Assembly (NCBI GenBank): GCA_013115145.1
Contig: JAAPAO010000002.1
Coordinates: forward strand, 62,001-126,000
Length of the DNA: 64,000 bases
Reading direction: 5' to 3'
Source of the DNA: Perkinsus chesapeaki ATCC PRA-425
Taxonomy: Eukaryota > Protista > Perkinsozoa
In this document: in pieces, positions 40,706-54,373 of the stretch
How positions within the stretch are numbered: position 1 is the first letter of the stretch
Layout of the letters: every line of letters starts with the position of its first letter
The notes under the pieces: model-generated
What the model was told of the DNA's origin: nothing
The model's database searches: none
What the model saw: the letters and a program-made list of their open reading frames with translations, nothing else
Translations under genes and position numbers: made by a program

Positions 40706-43257
40706 ATGGCCACACCTGAAAGGCACTGGAGTCCAGGGCTCACATGGTGTTGTCTCGCCCTGCTACTTCAGGGTGCGTCATCTCTTCTCCTGCCAGGGAT
40801 TGCCCCGCACGACTACAAGGAAGGGGAAGAGGTCCCTTTTTCCGTGAATGAGATGACAAGCGTACGTTGGAGGTCTTCAATGCTTTATGCTTGATGTCAT
40901 TCGTAATCAGGTTCGTACCCAACTCCCGATGGACTACTACAAGACCCACTCTGCCGACTCTCAGTGCAGAGTCGTCACGGTAAGTACCATACGTTGATCC
41001 ATAGGCCGGCCGTCACTGTTAGTTTACAGGATAAATCAGCTGAAGTCAATGCCAACCTTGGGGAACTTTTGAGCGGGCAGATGATGTCACCAACCAGGTA
41101 TGTACATGGCAGGCGATCACCTCTGTGAAGCTGATTACTCGGAATAGTTACAAAATCCAAATGCTTCGTCCAGTAAGCTGCCAAATTGCATGTAGAGATA
41201 AGCTCACGCCCGAACTGAGAGATACGGTCAAGCAGATGATTCGGGATCAGTAATGGGCTGGGAATAAACCCGATTATTATTTCCTTTTTCTCTAGGTACA
41301 CGGTGAACATGAATATAGATCGGTTGCCTGGTGCCGTCAAGTTCACAGTGAGAGATCCTCAGAAGAAGGCTCCAACCGCTGATAATGGTAATCCAGACAT
41401 ATTCAGCTGAATCAACTAATTCCATCCCACTTTGCTCTGTCAGATCAGGAGAACCAGGTATTTGTCATGAGTGGGTTTCCTCTCGGAGTTCAGCTGGTAC
41501 GTCGGTAGACTAGCTCGTGATATAGGGCGTCTTGACCTTTCAGAAAAACCAATACTTTTTGCATAACCATTTGAAGTTTAAATTGGAGTATCACCGTCCG
41601 GAAGACGTTGATGACACTGCCCGATCGGTCTACAGAGTGGTGGGATTTGAGATCGAGCCTAGCAGCTTGAAGCAGTTTGTGAGAGACGGAGGTGACTCAG
41701 CCGTCTGCCAGAGCGATGGTGCCACTTTGGAGCCTCTTGACATTGATAAGGCTGATAGCATCACGTAGGTCATCCTTTCAGATTGTGTGGGGGGGGGGTC
41801 ATTGGTCCCGTGGGTTAGGTACACCTATGACGTTGAGTGGACGGAGAATCCGGACAAGGAATGGGTCACTCGTTGGGACATCTACCTCCAGATGTCACCG
41901 GGCTCTGGTCAAATTCACTGGTTCAGTATCATCAACTCCGTCTTGATCGCTTTATTCCTCTCTGCTATGGTTGCCATGATTCTCATAAGAACTCTCGCTC
42001 GCGACATCGCTAAGTACAACGAGTTGGTCGGTGAGATGACAGCCGAAGAGGCTCAGGAGGAGGCAGGCTGGAAGATGGTTCACGGCGATGTGTTCCGTCC
42101 TCCACCTCACCGTCGTCTTCTGTGTGTTTGCGTCGGTAGCGGTGTGCAGCTGTTGCTCATGTGCGGACTGGTGCTCATTTTTGCCACTCTCGGGTTTTTG
42201 AGTCCCGTCCACCGCGGAGCCCTACTACAAGGGATGGTCATACTATTTGCCTTCATGGGCGTTCCAGCTGGGTAAGGACCGCTATTCTTCAATCTCCAGG
42301 CAATCTTTCCTCTCAGGTACGTTTCCGGGCGTCTTGGCAAGACCCTCGCTCCGACGTCATCGGAACATCACCGCAGCACCACTATGCTAACGGCGTTCCT
42401 TTATCCTGGTGGGGTTTCCGCTTGTACCTGGGCTTCTGAGGTTCATGCCAGGTTCGCTTTTCGTCGTGTTCTTTTTCATCAACATGCTGGTGTGGGCCAA
42501 AGGTTCGTCTGGTGCCGTGCCTTTCACCACCATGTTCGCTGTAAGTCAATCACCGAGCTGACGTCGTTCTATATTTTCTTCGCTCTTAGATGCTCGTACT
42601 CTGGTTTGGCATTTCGGTCCCCTTGGTTTACCTGGGCGCCGCTGCAGCTTACAGGCGAGACCCTATAGGATTCCCTTGCAGAGTGAATTCGATCCCCCGG
42701 CCGATCCCACCACAGCCGTGGTTCCTTAAACCGTGGCTGCTCTGCCTTGTGGGTGGAGTCCTGCCATTCGGTGCGGTTTTCACTGAGTTGTTCTTCATCA
42801 TGAGCTCATTGTGGCAACATCAGTTCTACTATCTCTTTGGATTCGTAGTGCTAGTATATCTGATCCTCATAATTACATGCGCGGAGGTCTCTATAGCTCT
42901 GACCTACTTCCAGCTCACAGCCGAGGACTACCGGTGGTGGTGGCGAAGCTTTTTCGTTTCGGGTTCAAGTGCGCTTTATGTATTCGGGTGAGTATAGGCG
43001 TCGTTTAGAGTTCCTTGGAACCATATTTCACAGGTACTCGCTCATGTACTTGGGCACTCGGCTTCAAATAGTTGATGCGGTATCAATAGCGGTCTACATT
43101 GGGTATATGGGAATGATATCGTTTGCCTTCTTCTTACTAACAGGATGTAAGCCCTGCCTCACTCTTATGTGATGGGAGACTTTTCGTTCCAGGTATTGGA
43201 TTCGTTGCGACATTCTTCTTTGTGCGAGCAATCTATGGCTCTATCAAGGTAGACTGA
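40706..43257 (+). CDS. Transmembrane 9 superfamily protein (TM9SF2/4, EMP70-type); multi-exon
   Basis: Signal peptide plus LLLPGIAPHDY, YFLHNHLKF, TRWDIYL, IHWFSIINS, GWKMVHGDVFRPP, PRPIPPQPWF, DYRWWWRSF and C-terminal YGSIKVD* (KxD/E motif). Confidence 0.93.
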
Positions 43258-43517
43258 GGAATGTATTTTTAAGTGAAGTGCTTCCGAGAAATTGAGGCAA
43301 TACTTGAGGGCTAAGGATAAAATCTTATTATTCTTTTGTAACTCCATTCACGTCTTTTGTTAATCTTAATCGGGGGATGTAGGTAGAACACTATTGTTCA
43401 TGTCATTCACAGGAAACCAATTCAGAAACGGGTGTTGTTTTCGGAGATTGACTAAACACCACCTTAAGATAGTTCGTCGCTGATTTTGAGTCTGACAGCT
43501 CAGTCCTTCGTTATGTG

Positions 43518-45813
43518 ATGGGCGCCGAACCAGTTAACCACTTCCACACCTCCGAGAAGCCCGGTCCAAGACGTCCTTCTCTGGCATCGTTCTACTCTGA
43601 AGAATCATCCCTAGGGGAAGGTTCACTGAGCTCGTGGCGGAGGCTTCTCGGCCAGCTCTGGGGGGTAGGCTCACGCCGTGTGTGACTGAATGTATCGTAG
43701 ATTGGTGGAATACATTCCTGGCTCTGTTAAGGTTCGACAGAAAATCCTAGCAGCCAGAGACAAGCGGAGGCTTCAGCTTCATCGGCCGCGGTATCCGAGA
43801 ATTCGCCGGATGGTATAACCGAATGCTAGGCTAACGCCCTCCTCGGTATCATTAGGTTCATGACCCTATGTTCGATATACTCACGGGAGCTGTTAACCTG
43901 CTCAACTCTCTCTTCATCGGCCTTGCAATGTGCGTTGTGACTGTTGTCGCATCGATTTTCGTGTAGGCAGGTATTATCCCGACTTCACTGAAACTCTAAA
44001 ACCGGTGTGGATAGATACGATTCAAAGGATGCTTATCCTTTGTTTGGTGAGAAGCACGCATTCGTATTCGGCGCACTGCTGCCTCAGATAGCGGAGTTCT
44101 TCGCCCGTGTGCTTGCCGATGAATGGATATGGTTCCTCTCCTTCGGCAATTGTATAGACGCGTTCCTTGTGTGGGTTCCTGGGGTAGCTGTAGAGTTGAG
44201 CGCAGCAGATATCCCTAATATTTAGTTCCTCACGGTATGGGTCCTCCGACCTTTCTTGAAGATCCGCGCCAGCATGCTCGGCAACCTCATGGTTCTGAGG
44301 CTTCTGCGTGTTCGCGAGCTCGTAAAAGGAGTCCGCACCTTCAATGGGTTTCGGGAGCTCTGGATCATGGTTCAAGGCTTGACGGATTCGGCAAGGATGC
44401 TGTTCTGGACATATGCTATAATTGGCCTGGTGCACTTGCTATTTGGACTTCTTGCACTACAAGTCATTGGCCACAACGAAGCGTTCGAGTTTGATGACTA
44501 TGTGCGCGTGTTTGCTGCAATATCAGCATCCTGGCGAGCTCGTCTCAGGTCCAGAGCCTTTTCGGTTCTCTAGGAAACTCTATGTTCACGCTCTTCCAGG
44601 TTATGACCCTTGATAGCTGGGCGGGAAGTGTGGTACGCTCGTCTGTTTGCGCACACATCCGCTTCATTAGAGTGCTCTTCAGGTCCGCCCTATTATGCAC
44701 TCATCTCCATTGGGTCTGGTACTAATCCTGCTGTTTATAGGCATATCTTCATTCGTCCTCTTCAACTTGGTTACAGCCATCATTGTCGAGCAGGCGTTCT
44801 CTGCTGTCGCGGCTGATGAAGAGCTCCTTGCGAGTACGCGGCATTCCCACCAAAGGGAGACTATTGATGGGCTGAAGAAGCTGTTCGATGAGCTTGACGA
44901 AGACGGAAGCGGTGAATTGTCCGCCCAAGAATTTACAGATGTGTTGGACGATCCAAAGTTCATCCAGCGTCTCACCATGCTTGATTTCGATGTCTCCGAG
45001 CTACCTGAGCTCTTCACTCTCTTCGACTCGGGCGACGGAATGGTCAGCACTGAGGAATTCTGCGACGGCATGATTCAGGTCGGCGACAGTGTGACGCTTG
45101 GTTTTCGTGACACGCGTGCTGTCTCCCTAGCCGTTCGGAGGAGACTGCTTCACTACAGTCTCTAATAGCCGAGAGACGGTTGAGACCGCTTTGAACAGTG
45201 TCTTGATCAGTTACAGAGTTATATCAAAAGCAAGGATATGTTCAACTGTGTTCTACACACACAACTGCTGGGCAAACTAGTGGATGAGTGTGGCTCGGAG
45301 TAGGGTTGCTGCTAGCTCGTGGCGATGGGGGATCTATCAGGCAGTTAGAGTCCCGCGTATATAAGCCCTTGAAGAGATGTGTGCAAGACGACATCCCTGA
45401 GTTGATGCTTGAGATCGAAGAAGCCTTAGAGGACCTCGCTGCCTTGGGCGATCTTGCTAAGGTACAAGGTCTAGTTGGATCGCCGGTACTTACCCCAGGT
45501 TGCAACGGTCTCGGGGAGCCTAGATATGGTTCACAAGGCAAACGTTTTCCCGCCCGCACCGTCTGCCCCTCCAGTGGCCACATCGCCTTTGTTCGTTGGG
45601 GATGCCGACGGAGACAGTGATAGCTCGAGTGACGTGTCTAGCTCACCGATCAGCTCCGAGCGCTTCGACAAGGAAGTTCAAGTCTCTTTGAGGAAGCGTG
45701 GTCGACACTGCTCGGTAAGGTTCAGGGTTGCGCGCTGGTTTCCGATAGTGTCGGGCGTGAATCGAGCCGGTTTTCACCAGGTGAGCGACACTTCGTCATC
45801 AGTGAGCGCATGA
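43518..45813 (+). CDS. Single-domain (6TM) voltage-gated cation channel with C-terminal EF-hands; multi-exon
   Basis: S4 VLRLLRVRELVKGVRTF, linker FRELWIMVQGL, pore SMFTLFQVMTLDSW, S6 FVLFNLVTAIIVEQA, EF-hands DEDGSGELSAQEF and DSGDGMVSTEEF. The 3' exon structure is approximate. Confidence 0.85.
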
Positions 45814-45924
45814 TTTTGATTCAGAGGTGTTATTTCTGGCGTACATTGTTTTTTACTGCGTTGTGTTGGGGTGCTTCAACGGCTGTCTATCTGCGCGTGG
45901 AATAGTTGGCTTCGATTTTCCAAC

Positions 45925-48214
<2,290 letters not shown>

Positions 48215-48944
48215 ACGATTGTGCAAATTGGGTGTTTCGGTTTGTCTGTAGCTAGGCACGGCGCGGCATATCTCTCTTAAGTAATCGATACATTACATAC
48301 CTTTCTATAATAACCTCTAAACTCTGTAATGTATCCCATGGAAACGAGACGTTTTGACGGCTAAGTGCCATTACTCTCGAGTGTCTTGCTCATTCCTAGT
48401 GATGGCTGAAGATGTTTACCATAGCATGATAGGTGTGCTGCCTCTGTTATCATTCTAATATTTTCTGCCGTGCCTCGCGACAGCCATAAAGTTAACATCC
48501 ATATTCGCACAGTGCGTATGCCAGGAGCATATGCTAAAACTGTTCCTCGTTTTTACTACACTCGTTCTCTTGTGTACCAACAGACTACTTTCTTCATCGC
48601 TGGTCTCGGCAGCAACCCCCGATGGTGTCTTTTCGGTACCGCAGCTTCGTGCTTAGAACGATTCGTGTCTGTGTCCACCCGCAGTCTTTTTGGGCATAGT
48701 CATGATCCACAACGAGGATACATATGTTCCTGAGCTGGAGTTCTCTTCTTTATTACGGGAACTTCAAATATCTATTAGGTTGCTGCACTAGTCGCCTCAT
48801 GTAATAGTTTATTGTTATTTGGACCTAGTCTAGTAGAAATCCTTTTTTCATCACTTCATCACGTGCCTTTGAGTTGTGCACTGACGCTTCGCGCGGCTCT
48901 TGTATCCTCTCGGTTTCAGTTAGCAGTTACCTGTTAACCCATCA

Positions 48945-51900
48945 ATGTTCAAAGTTACGCTAGCTAATGGCAAATCCAAGCCGGATGACAGCGTCTACTC
49001 CTCAAACCCCGGGGCTGTCGGATTCCTATTAGCTGCGGCTCACGATGGCGATGTGGATGCTATGCGCCAGGTTTTGTCAGAATACCCGAATCTGACTGTG
49101 GACAGCTGCGACTACGATAAGCGCACGCCGCTGCACCTCGCGGCTGCTGGGGGCCATGTAGAGGCCGTAAGGTTCCTTCTCGATGAGGGAGCTTCCCTTA
49201 CCCCTGACAGGTTGGGAATGCTGGCGCTGCATGACGCCGTTATGAACAACAACGCGGCTGAGATACGCTCTATGCTCGCCGAGGCTGATCTAAAGTGTCC
49301 TGGCGGGGTTTGCTATCTGCCGCCTGAGAAGGCTCAGATGCTGAGAAATGCTGATGTTTCCGAGGGCCATGGGATGAGCCTCACTACCGAGGAGGTCGAG
49401 ACCAAGATGACTCAAGTGTTTTCCATAATATCGAAGGAAGGTGTGTTCGCACCTGCTCGTCTGTGGTTCGAAATCCAGTACTATTTCACAGAGCTTGGCC
49501 TCCACCCTAAGTATTTCATGCACTGCACAAGCGCTCAGATAGCCAGGCATATACACTGCCTGATGGCCGCCAAAAAAGTCGCCCAGTCTACGGGCTCCTC
49601 TAATATTCACTTTGAGATTGAAGATGAACAGTCTGGCTTTTTCCTCACCACGATCGACGACAGCCGTGTGACCGCAACGGAAAGGATCCTTGCGGACTAC
49701 TTGGCCAATTGTGGTTCTGGCGACTCCTTCTCGGTCATTTTTATCAAGTCTGAGCACCCTCCCGTCGCTGATGGGAAGGCTCCTTTGGGAGTGTTTATGG
49801 TCGACAAGACCAGGTTCGAGACTCATGTTGGTGTGGGGGACATCGCCGAGGAAGAGGATCTCCAACTGGTGGCTTCTCCCTTTTTCCTGCAGCGCAAGTC
49901 GCTGGACTCCCAAAAGCTGTACCAAAGTCTGATGCATGAGATTATGAAGACCAGGAACGCTGTGGTTAAGCTGGTCAAGGCACCGGAGCACATGGTCCGT
50001 CAGAAGGGCAGCCATGTTCTTCAGTTTGCTTTGTATGACGTGGAAAGAAAGGGCAAGGCGTTCTTCTCTGAGTTCAGCGAGTGCCTCCGCGCTCACGGTG
50101 TGGTTCCTCAACGTATGTACATCGAGTCCTTCGCCAATGGTGTGGTGGCCTACCATTGCTACCTAGGACCCGAGTACAGCCCTGAGGTGCTGCAAGACCT
50201 AGTTAAGACGCTTCGTTATGTCAGCCACTTCAAGCATAGTCCGAAGCGTTCCGCTCTGGTTTGGGAACTTGTCCTCAAGAAACAGATCACTCCTGCACAG
50301 GCTGTCTTCTTCATCACTGCTGTGAAGTTCATATTCACGTTCTTCCCCAAGGAGACTGCTGAGTATCTAACTCTTGCTGAGTTTACGAAGGCTAATACAG
50401 AGATGAAGCGCAAGCTCGATGACTTGTTCTTGCAGACCATGTCAAATGCCATCACCTTCGAGAGAATCTATGACACACTGGTATCCCACTACGAGATCGC
50501 GTGCCTGATGTATGATGACTTCAAGAAGGTGGCTAAGGGTGAATGTGAGCCTTTCTACAACACTGAGCTTGCAGAAAGGATTGATGACGAGGTGGCCCAC
50601 AGGCTCGAAGCTAAGATCCTAAAGACTGCGCTCAAGCTTACTGCTCATCTGCGCATGACTAACTTTTTCAAGACTGGCACAGCTGCCGCCATTGCCATGA
50701 GATTTGATGGACAGCTTCTGGAAGACCGTCCTCGCTCTCTGTTCCCTGTTATACCCTATGCAATTTATATGATTACTGGACGTGGCTTCTATGGCTTCCA
50801 TATAAGATTCCGCGATATCGCGCGCGGTGGCATTCGTATGATTCGCTCCGCTAGCAGGCAAGTCTACAGCAGAAATGCATCGTCTCTGTTGGAGGAGAAC
50901 TATAACCTAGCCTTCACTCAGCACCTCAAGAACAAGGATATCCCTGAAGGTGGATCAAAAGGAACTATCCTTCTGGACCTTGGTGACCAGAATCTCGACA
51001 CTAATGGCCGCGACTCTTTCAACAAGTACATAGATGCACTGCTAGATTGCATGATGCCGCAGGAGACGGGCATATACTCCCACTTGCCCACCCCCGAAAT
51101 ATTATTTTTCGGTCCCGATGAAAATACGGCTGGTTTCATGGATATGGGCGCCTACAGAGCCAAGGCCAGAGGATACCCCTATTGGAAGGCTCTCACCACC
51201 GGCAAGTCTACAAAGCTTGGCGGAGTGCCCCACGATCGATATGGTATGACAACCAACAGTGTGCATCAGTACGTTGTGGAATTGTTACAGCTGCTGGATG
51301 TTGACGAGACCAAGATTACCAAGGTGCAGACCGGCGGTCCTGATGGTGATCTAGGCTCCAATGAGATTCTCATTGCTAAAGACAAGACCGTTGCTGTGGT
51401 AGATGGCTCTGGTGTCGCCTATGACCCTAATGGTCTCAACCGTGAGGAGCTTGTACGTTTGGCGCGTCTGCGCATACCAATAAGCAACTTCAATAAGAGC
51501 AAGCTCTCTGATGATTCTAAAGCATTTTTATATAATATCACAGATAAGAACATCGACCTTCCCAACGGAGAGCACTTCAAGACCGGTGTTGAACTCCGCA
51601 ACGTCTTCCCTCAGCTGGAGTACTGCTCGGGAGACCTCTTCGTACCATGCGGCGGCCGCCCGGCTACTGTTAACATGGGTAACGTGCATACTATGTTCAA
51701 CTCCAAGAAGGAGCCTAAGTTCAAGTACATCGTCGAGGGAGCCAATCTGTTCTTTACCGATGATGCTCGTCGCGTATTGGAGCTGGCTGGAGTCCACTTG
51801 TTCAAGGATGCCTCGACCAATAAGGGCGGTGTCACTTCCAGTAGCATGGAAGTCTTCGCTGCCTTGTGTATGGACCCGAAGGAACACGATGAGCTGCTGA

Positions 51901-52421
51901 CCATTCCTGATCCCACTCTTGCCCCACCGGAGTTCTACCAGCAATATGTTAACGAGATCTTGGCTGTCATCAAGCACAACGCGTCGATGGAGTTCAGCGG
52001 TATTTGGAAGGCCAACCATGAGACCATGGCCGCTGATGGGAACGGCTACGTTTTGAAGATCGATGCCACTCAGCTCTTATCTAAGAAGATCAACAGTTTG
52101 AAGGAGTACACAATGAAGGTTTTCAGCGAGAACAATCCCGAGAACGACTGGCTGGTCCGTGCTGTACTCCGTCGTGCGATTCCTCGTTTGCTTTTGGTCC
52201 ACTGCGGAATTGATAAGATCTTGGAGAGGGTCCCGGAGGCCTATATCCTTGCGGTTTGTGCAACTTGGATCGCCAACACATTCGTTTACAAGTACGGCTT
52301 GGAAGCTAGCGAGTTTGCTTTTTACCAGTTTATGCGCAATCTGGAAGAGCATGCTCAAGGAGAGACGACACCGACTACCATGGCCCTAAGGAAGAGTGTT
52401 CCCTCGACACATCTCTTGTGA
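48945..52421 (+). CDS. Large NAD-specific glutamate dehydrogenase (GDH2-type) with N-terminal ankyrin repeats; intronless, 1158 aa
   Basis: GFHIRFRDIARGGIR, KNKDIPEGGSKG, FFGPDENTA, GGPDGDLGSNEI, FVPCGGRP, IVEGANLF, KDASTNKGGVTSSSME. N-terminal ANK DYDKRTPLHLAAAGGH. Confidence 0.93.
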   Translation: MFKVTLANGKSKPDDSVYSSNPGAVGFLLAAAHDGDVDAMRQVLSEYPNLTVDSCDYDKRTPLHLAAAGGHVEAVRFLLDEGASLTPDRLGMLALHDAVMNNNAAEIRSMLAEADLKCPGGVCYLPPEKAQMLRNADVSEGHGMSLTTEEVETKMTQVFSIISKEGVFAPARLWFEIQYYFTELGLHPKYFMHCTSAQIARHIHCLMAAKKVAQSTGSSNIHFEIEDEQSGFFLTTIDDSRVTATERILADYLANCGSGDSFSVIFIKSEHPPVADGKAPLGVFMVDKTRFETHVGVGDIAEEEDLQLVASPFFLQRKSLDSQKLYQSLMHEIMKTRNAVVKLVKAPEHMVRQKGSHVLQFALYDVERKGKAFFSEFSECLRAHGVVPQRMYIESFANGVVAYHCYLGPEYSPEVLQDLVKTLRYVSHFKHSPKRSALVWELVLKKQITPAQAVFFITAVKFIFTFFPKETAEYLTLAEFTKANTEMKRKLDDLFLQTMSNAITFERIYDTLVSHYEIACLMYDDFKKVAKGECEPFYNTELAERIDDEVAHRLEAKILKTALKLTAHLRMTNFFKTGTAAAIAMRFDGQLLEDRPRSLFPVIPYAIYMITGRGFYGFHIRFRDIARGGIRMIRSASRQVYSRNASSLLEENYNLAFTQHLKNKDIPEGGSKGTILLDLGDQNLDTNGRDSFNKYIDALLDCMMPQETGIYSHLPTPEILFFGPDENTAGFMDMGAYRAKARGYPYWKALTTGKSTKLGGVPHDRYGMTTNSVHQYVVELLQLLDVDETKITKVQTGGPDGDLGSNEILIAKDKTVAVVDGSGVAYDPNGLNREELVRLARLRIPISNFNKSKLSDDSKAFLYNITDKNIDLPNGEHFKTGVELRNVFPQLEYCSGDLFVPCGGRPATVNMGNVHTMFNSKKEPKFKYIVEGANLFFTDDARRVLELAGVHLFKDASTNKGGVTSSSMEVFAALCMDPKEHDELLTIPDPTLAPPEFYQQYVNEILAVIKHNASMEFSGIWKANHETMAADGNGYVLKIDATQLLSKKINSLKEYTMKVFSENNPENDWLVRAVLRRAIPRLLLVHCGIDKILERVPEAYILAVCATWIANTFVYKYGLEASEFAFYQFMRNLEEHAQGETTPTTMALRKSVPSTHLL

Positions 52422-52594
52422 GTGACATACATCTAGCTGAGCAGCGATAGACCACGAGATTATCATCTTAAGCAGCTTCTTTATTTTTTGGTTGATGAGT
52501 AGAGTGTTGAACTTTCTTTACTGCTTGAGATCATTTCTCTACGTCTTTGTCGGTGATTAAGATCATTGTCAACACAAGCGAAGATCTGTGTTTG

Positions 52595-52652
52595 CGAGAC
52601 AGTTGTACTTCATTAGAGGGGAGTTCGAGACAGTTGTACTTCATCAGAGGGG
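52595..52652 (+). repeat. 27-bp direct repeat, two copies, period 31, one mismatch
   Basis: cgagacagttgtacttcattagagggg + agtt + cgagacagttgtacttcatcagagggg. Confidence 0.85.
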
Positions 52653-52812
52653 GGCACAAGAAGATTGGAACGTGGTTGTTCCGAGCAGCCTACACCCAAC
52701 AGCTTTACGGCGGGCCTATCGATTACATTGGTTCAGTTCGCTACACGTAGAGCTCCGCCCACTGACCGGTAATTACCATATTTTTGCTTCCGGCGTCGCA
52801 CGGGCTTTCATA

Positions 52813-53868
52813 ATGCCATCGGATGCACATTCCATCGCCAGCAGAATAGCACGGCAACTCCATGAATCGCTTCAATTATTGACAAATGCGCTTTTCGAAG
52901 CACGGGTGTGCTTGGAAAGCGAGTCTGGTCCGTATTGCGAGCTTCATGATATGTAAGTGAGCGATTAAAAGTTTACTGTTTCTGAGTGGTCTTCGTGCCA
53001 GGTATGCTCAGCTTTGCTCCTACGCACGGAGCGCAGAAGGTAACCAGAATGTCATCGTCAAGAATCAGCCGCTGCTGATCCTTTCGGACACTATCGTCCA
53101 GTCGTTGCAGAGGGAGCCAACAACATCAAAGTACAATGGAAGGAATGCTTTTACGTACGCCATTCCTGTTGGCTCAGTTACAATAGCTTCGTAGATGAAG
53201 TTCTATCACCGGTGTTCATTTCTCCAGACGTCAAGCTTGAAGGTATCGACAGCGACGGCACCTGGCGGCTCACGTGGACCCCTCCAGCTGAGCGGCTGCT
53301 CAGCGTTGCGTTGTACACACTAGGGTATCATGCGCGCTCGGCAGATGAGATTCTCCAGGTACTGGCTTCCTGTTCAGCGAGTTTCATTGGTTGTCAGGCT
53401 CATTTTAAAGGACTGGGGCATTCTTCTACTTTCATACAACAAAAGCTTAGGACAGAACTGGCGGGTCCTGGTCCGGCATCCGAGTCGTTGAGGAAATGGC
53501 AACAAGATCAGGTGGCTCCGTGGTCAGTACAGGAAGATGTTGCACTCCAACTTGGTGTGTCGAAATATGGTTCCTACACCACCCTGTCTTGGCACCGCGT
53601 TGTTACATCAACAGATATGCTAGATCGGCGTGATCCTGTTAGCTGCTGTTATCGCTGGTTTGGAGTCCTCTTACCTAAATATTCTGGGAAGAGACAGAAT
53701 GCTCTCTTGAGCTACAAATCCTATATACTTGGTGATGCAATAATAGGACAACCACGTGGACCTCAAGGTGGCGTGAAGCGAAAACTGTCGGAAATGGAGT
53801 GCCTCCAAGACGGAGGCGCTCTTGATAGTGATTCTGACTCTTCGACCTTGCAGGGCACAGATACCTGA
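52813..53868 (+). CDS. Hypothetical protein; multi-exon
   Basis: MPSDAHSIASRIARQLHESLQLLTNALFEARVCLE is followed by short introns and long ORF 53212-53868. No family recognised. Confidence 0.5.
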
Positions 53869-54373
53869 GCATGCATTTCTGTCAGAATTTTGGGTGTAGA
53901 GTTCGGGAGCGTTCAAAAAATGGGCTCACGACGTCCCGTCCAAGAAACTAGTAGTTACTGATAGACTGGAACAGTATTATACATTAGTAGATACTAATAT
54001 AATATTGAATAACCTGACTGGCCGCTTTTGACCCGGCGTATGCGTACGGTGACGTGGCGACCGCGTCCTTTGTGCGAGGAGGCGCCGCTCACGCCAGACA
54101 TTACCTGTGGACGCATATATCGGAGAATGTTCCGTAAAGAATGTACCTACAGCGCGGAAATATCGGATATAGAATAGGGTTCATATAACCAACAGTACAG
54201 TACTAATCTATATTCATTCTGTATCCATGACGTACGATTAATTGCACGCGAGCGCATGGATATTTTTGGGCGCAGCGACATTTCTCTTAGGTGTTCACGT
54301 ATAGCTCGAAGTGCTCGGTGCAGCATCAACTTCTGCCTCTTTAGTTGTAATAGTTGATAACTTTCTAGTAAAT

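Noticed and set aside
49290-52358. Long antisense ORFs within GDH (e.g. 49290-50156 -, 51528-52019 -) and within DUF4470 (29481-30059 +)
   Set aside because: Typical shadow ORFs caused by codon bias of the real gene; no motifs.
52595-52652. Direct repeat as a mini CRISPR array
   Set aside because: Only two copies, a 4-nt spacer, no cas genes and a eukaryotic context.
48800-54373. Relic spliced-leader sequence (CCGTAGCCAT..GGCTCAAG type) upstream of intronless genes
   Set aside because: No recognisable match upstream of GDH, the sugar transporter, FetB or DUF4470 by eye.
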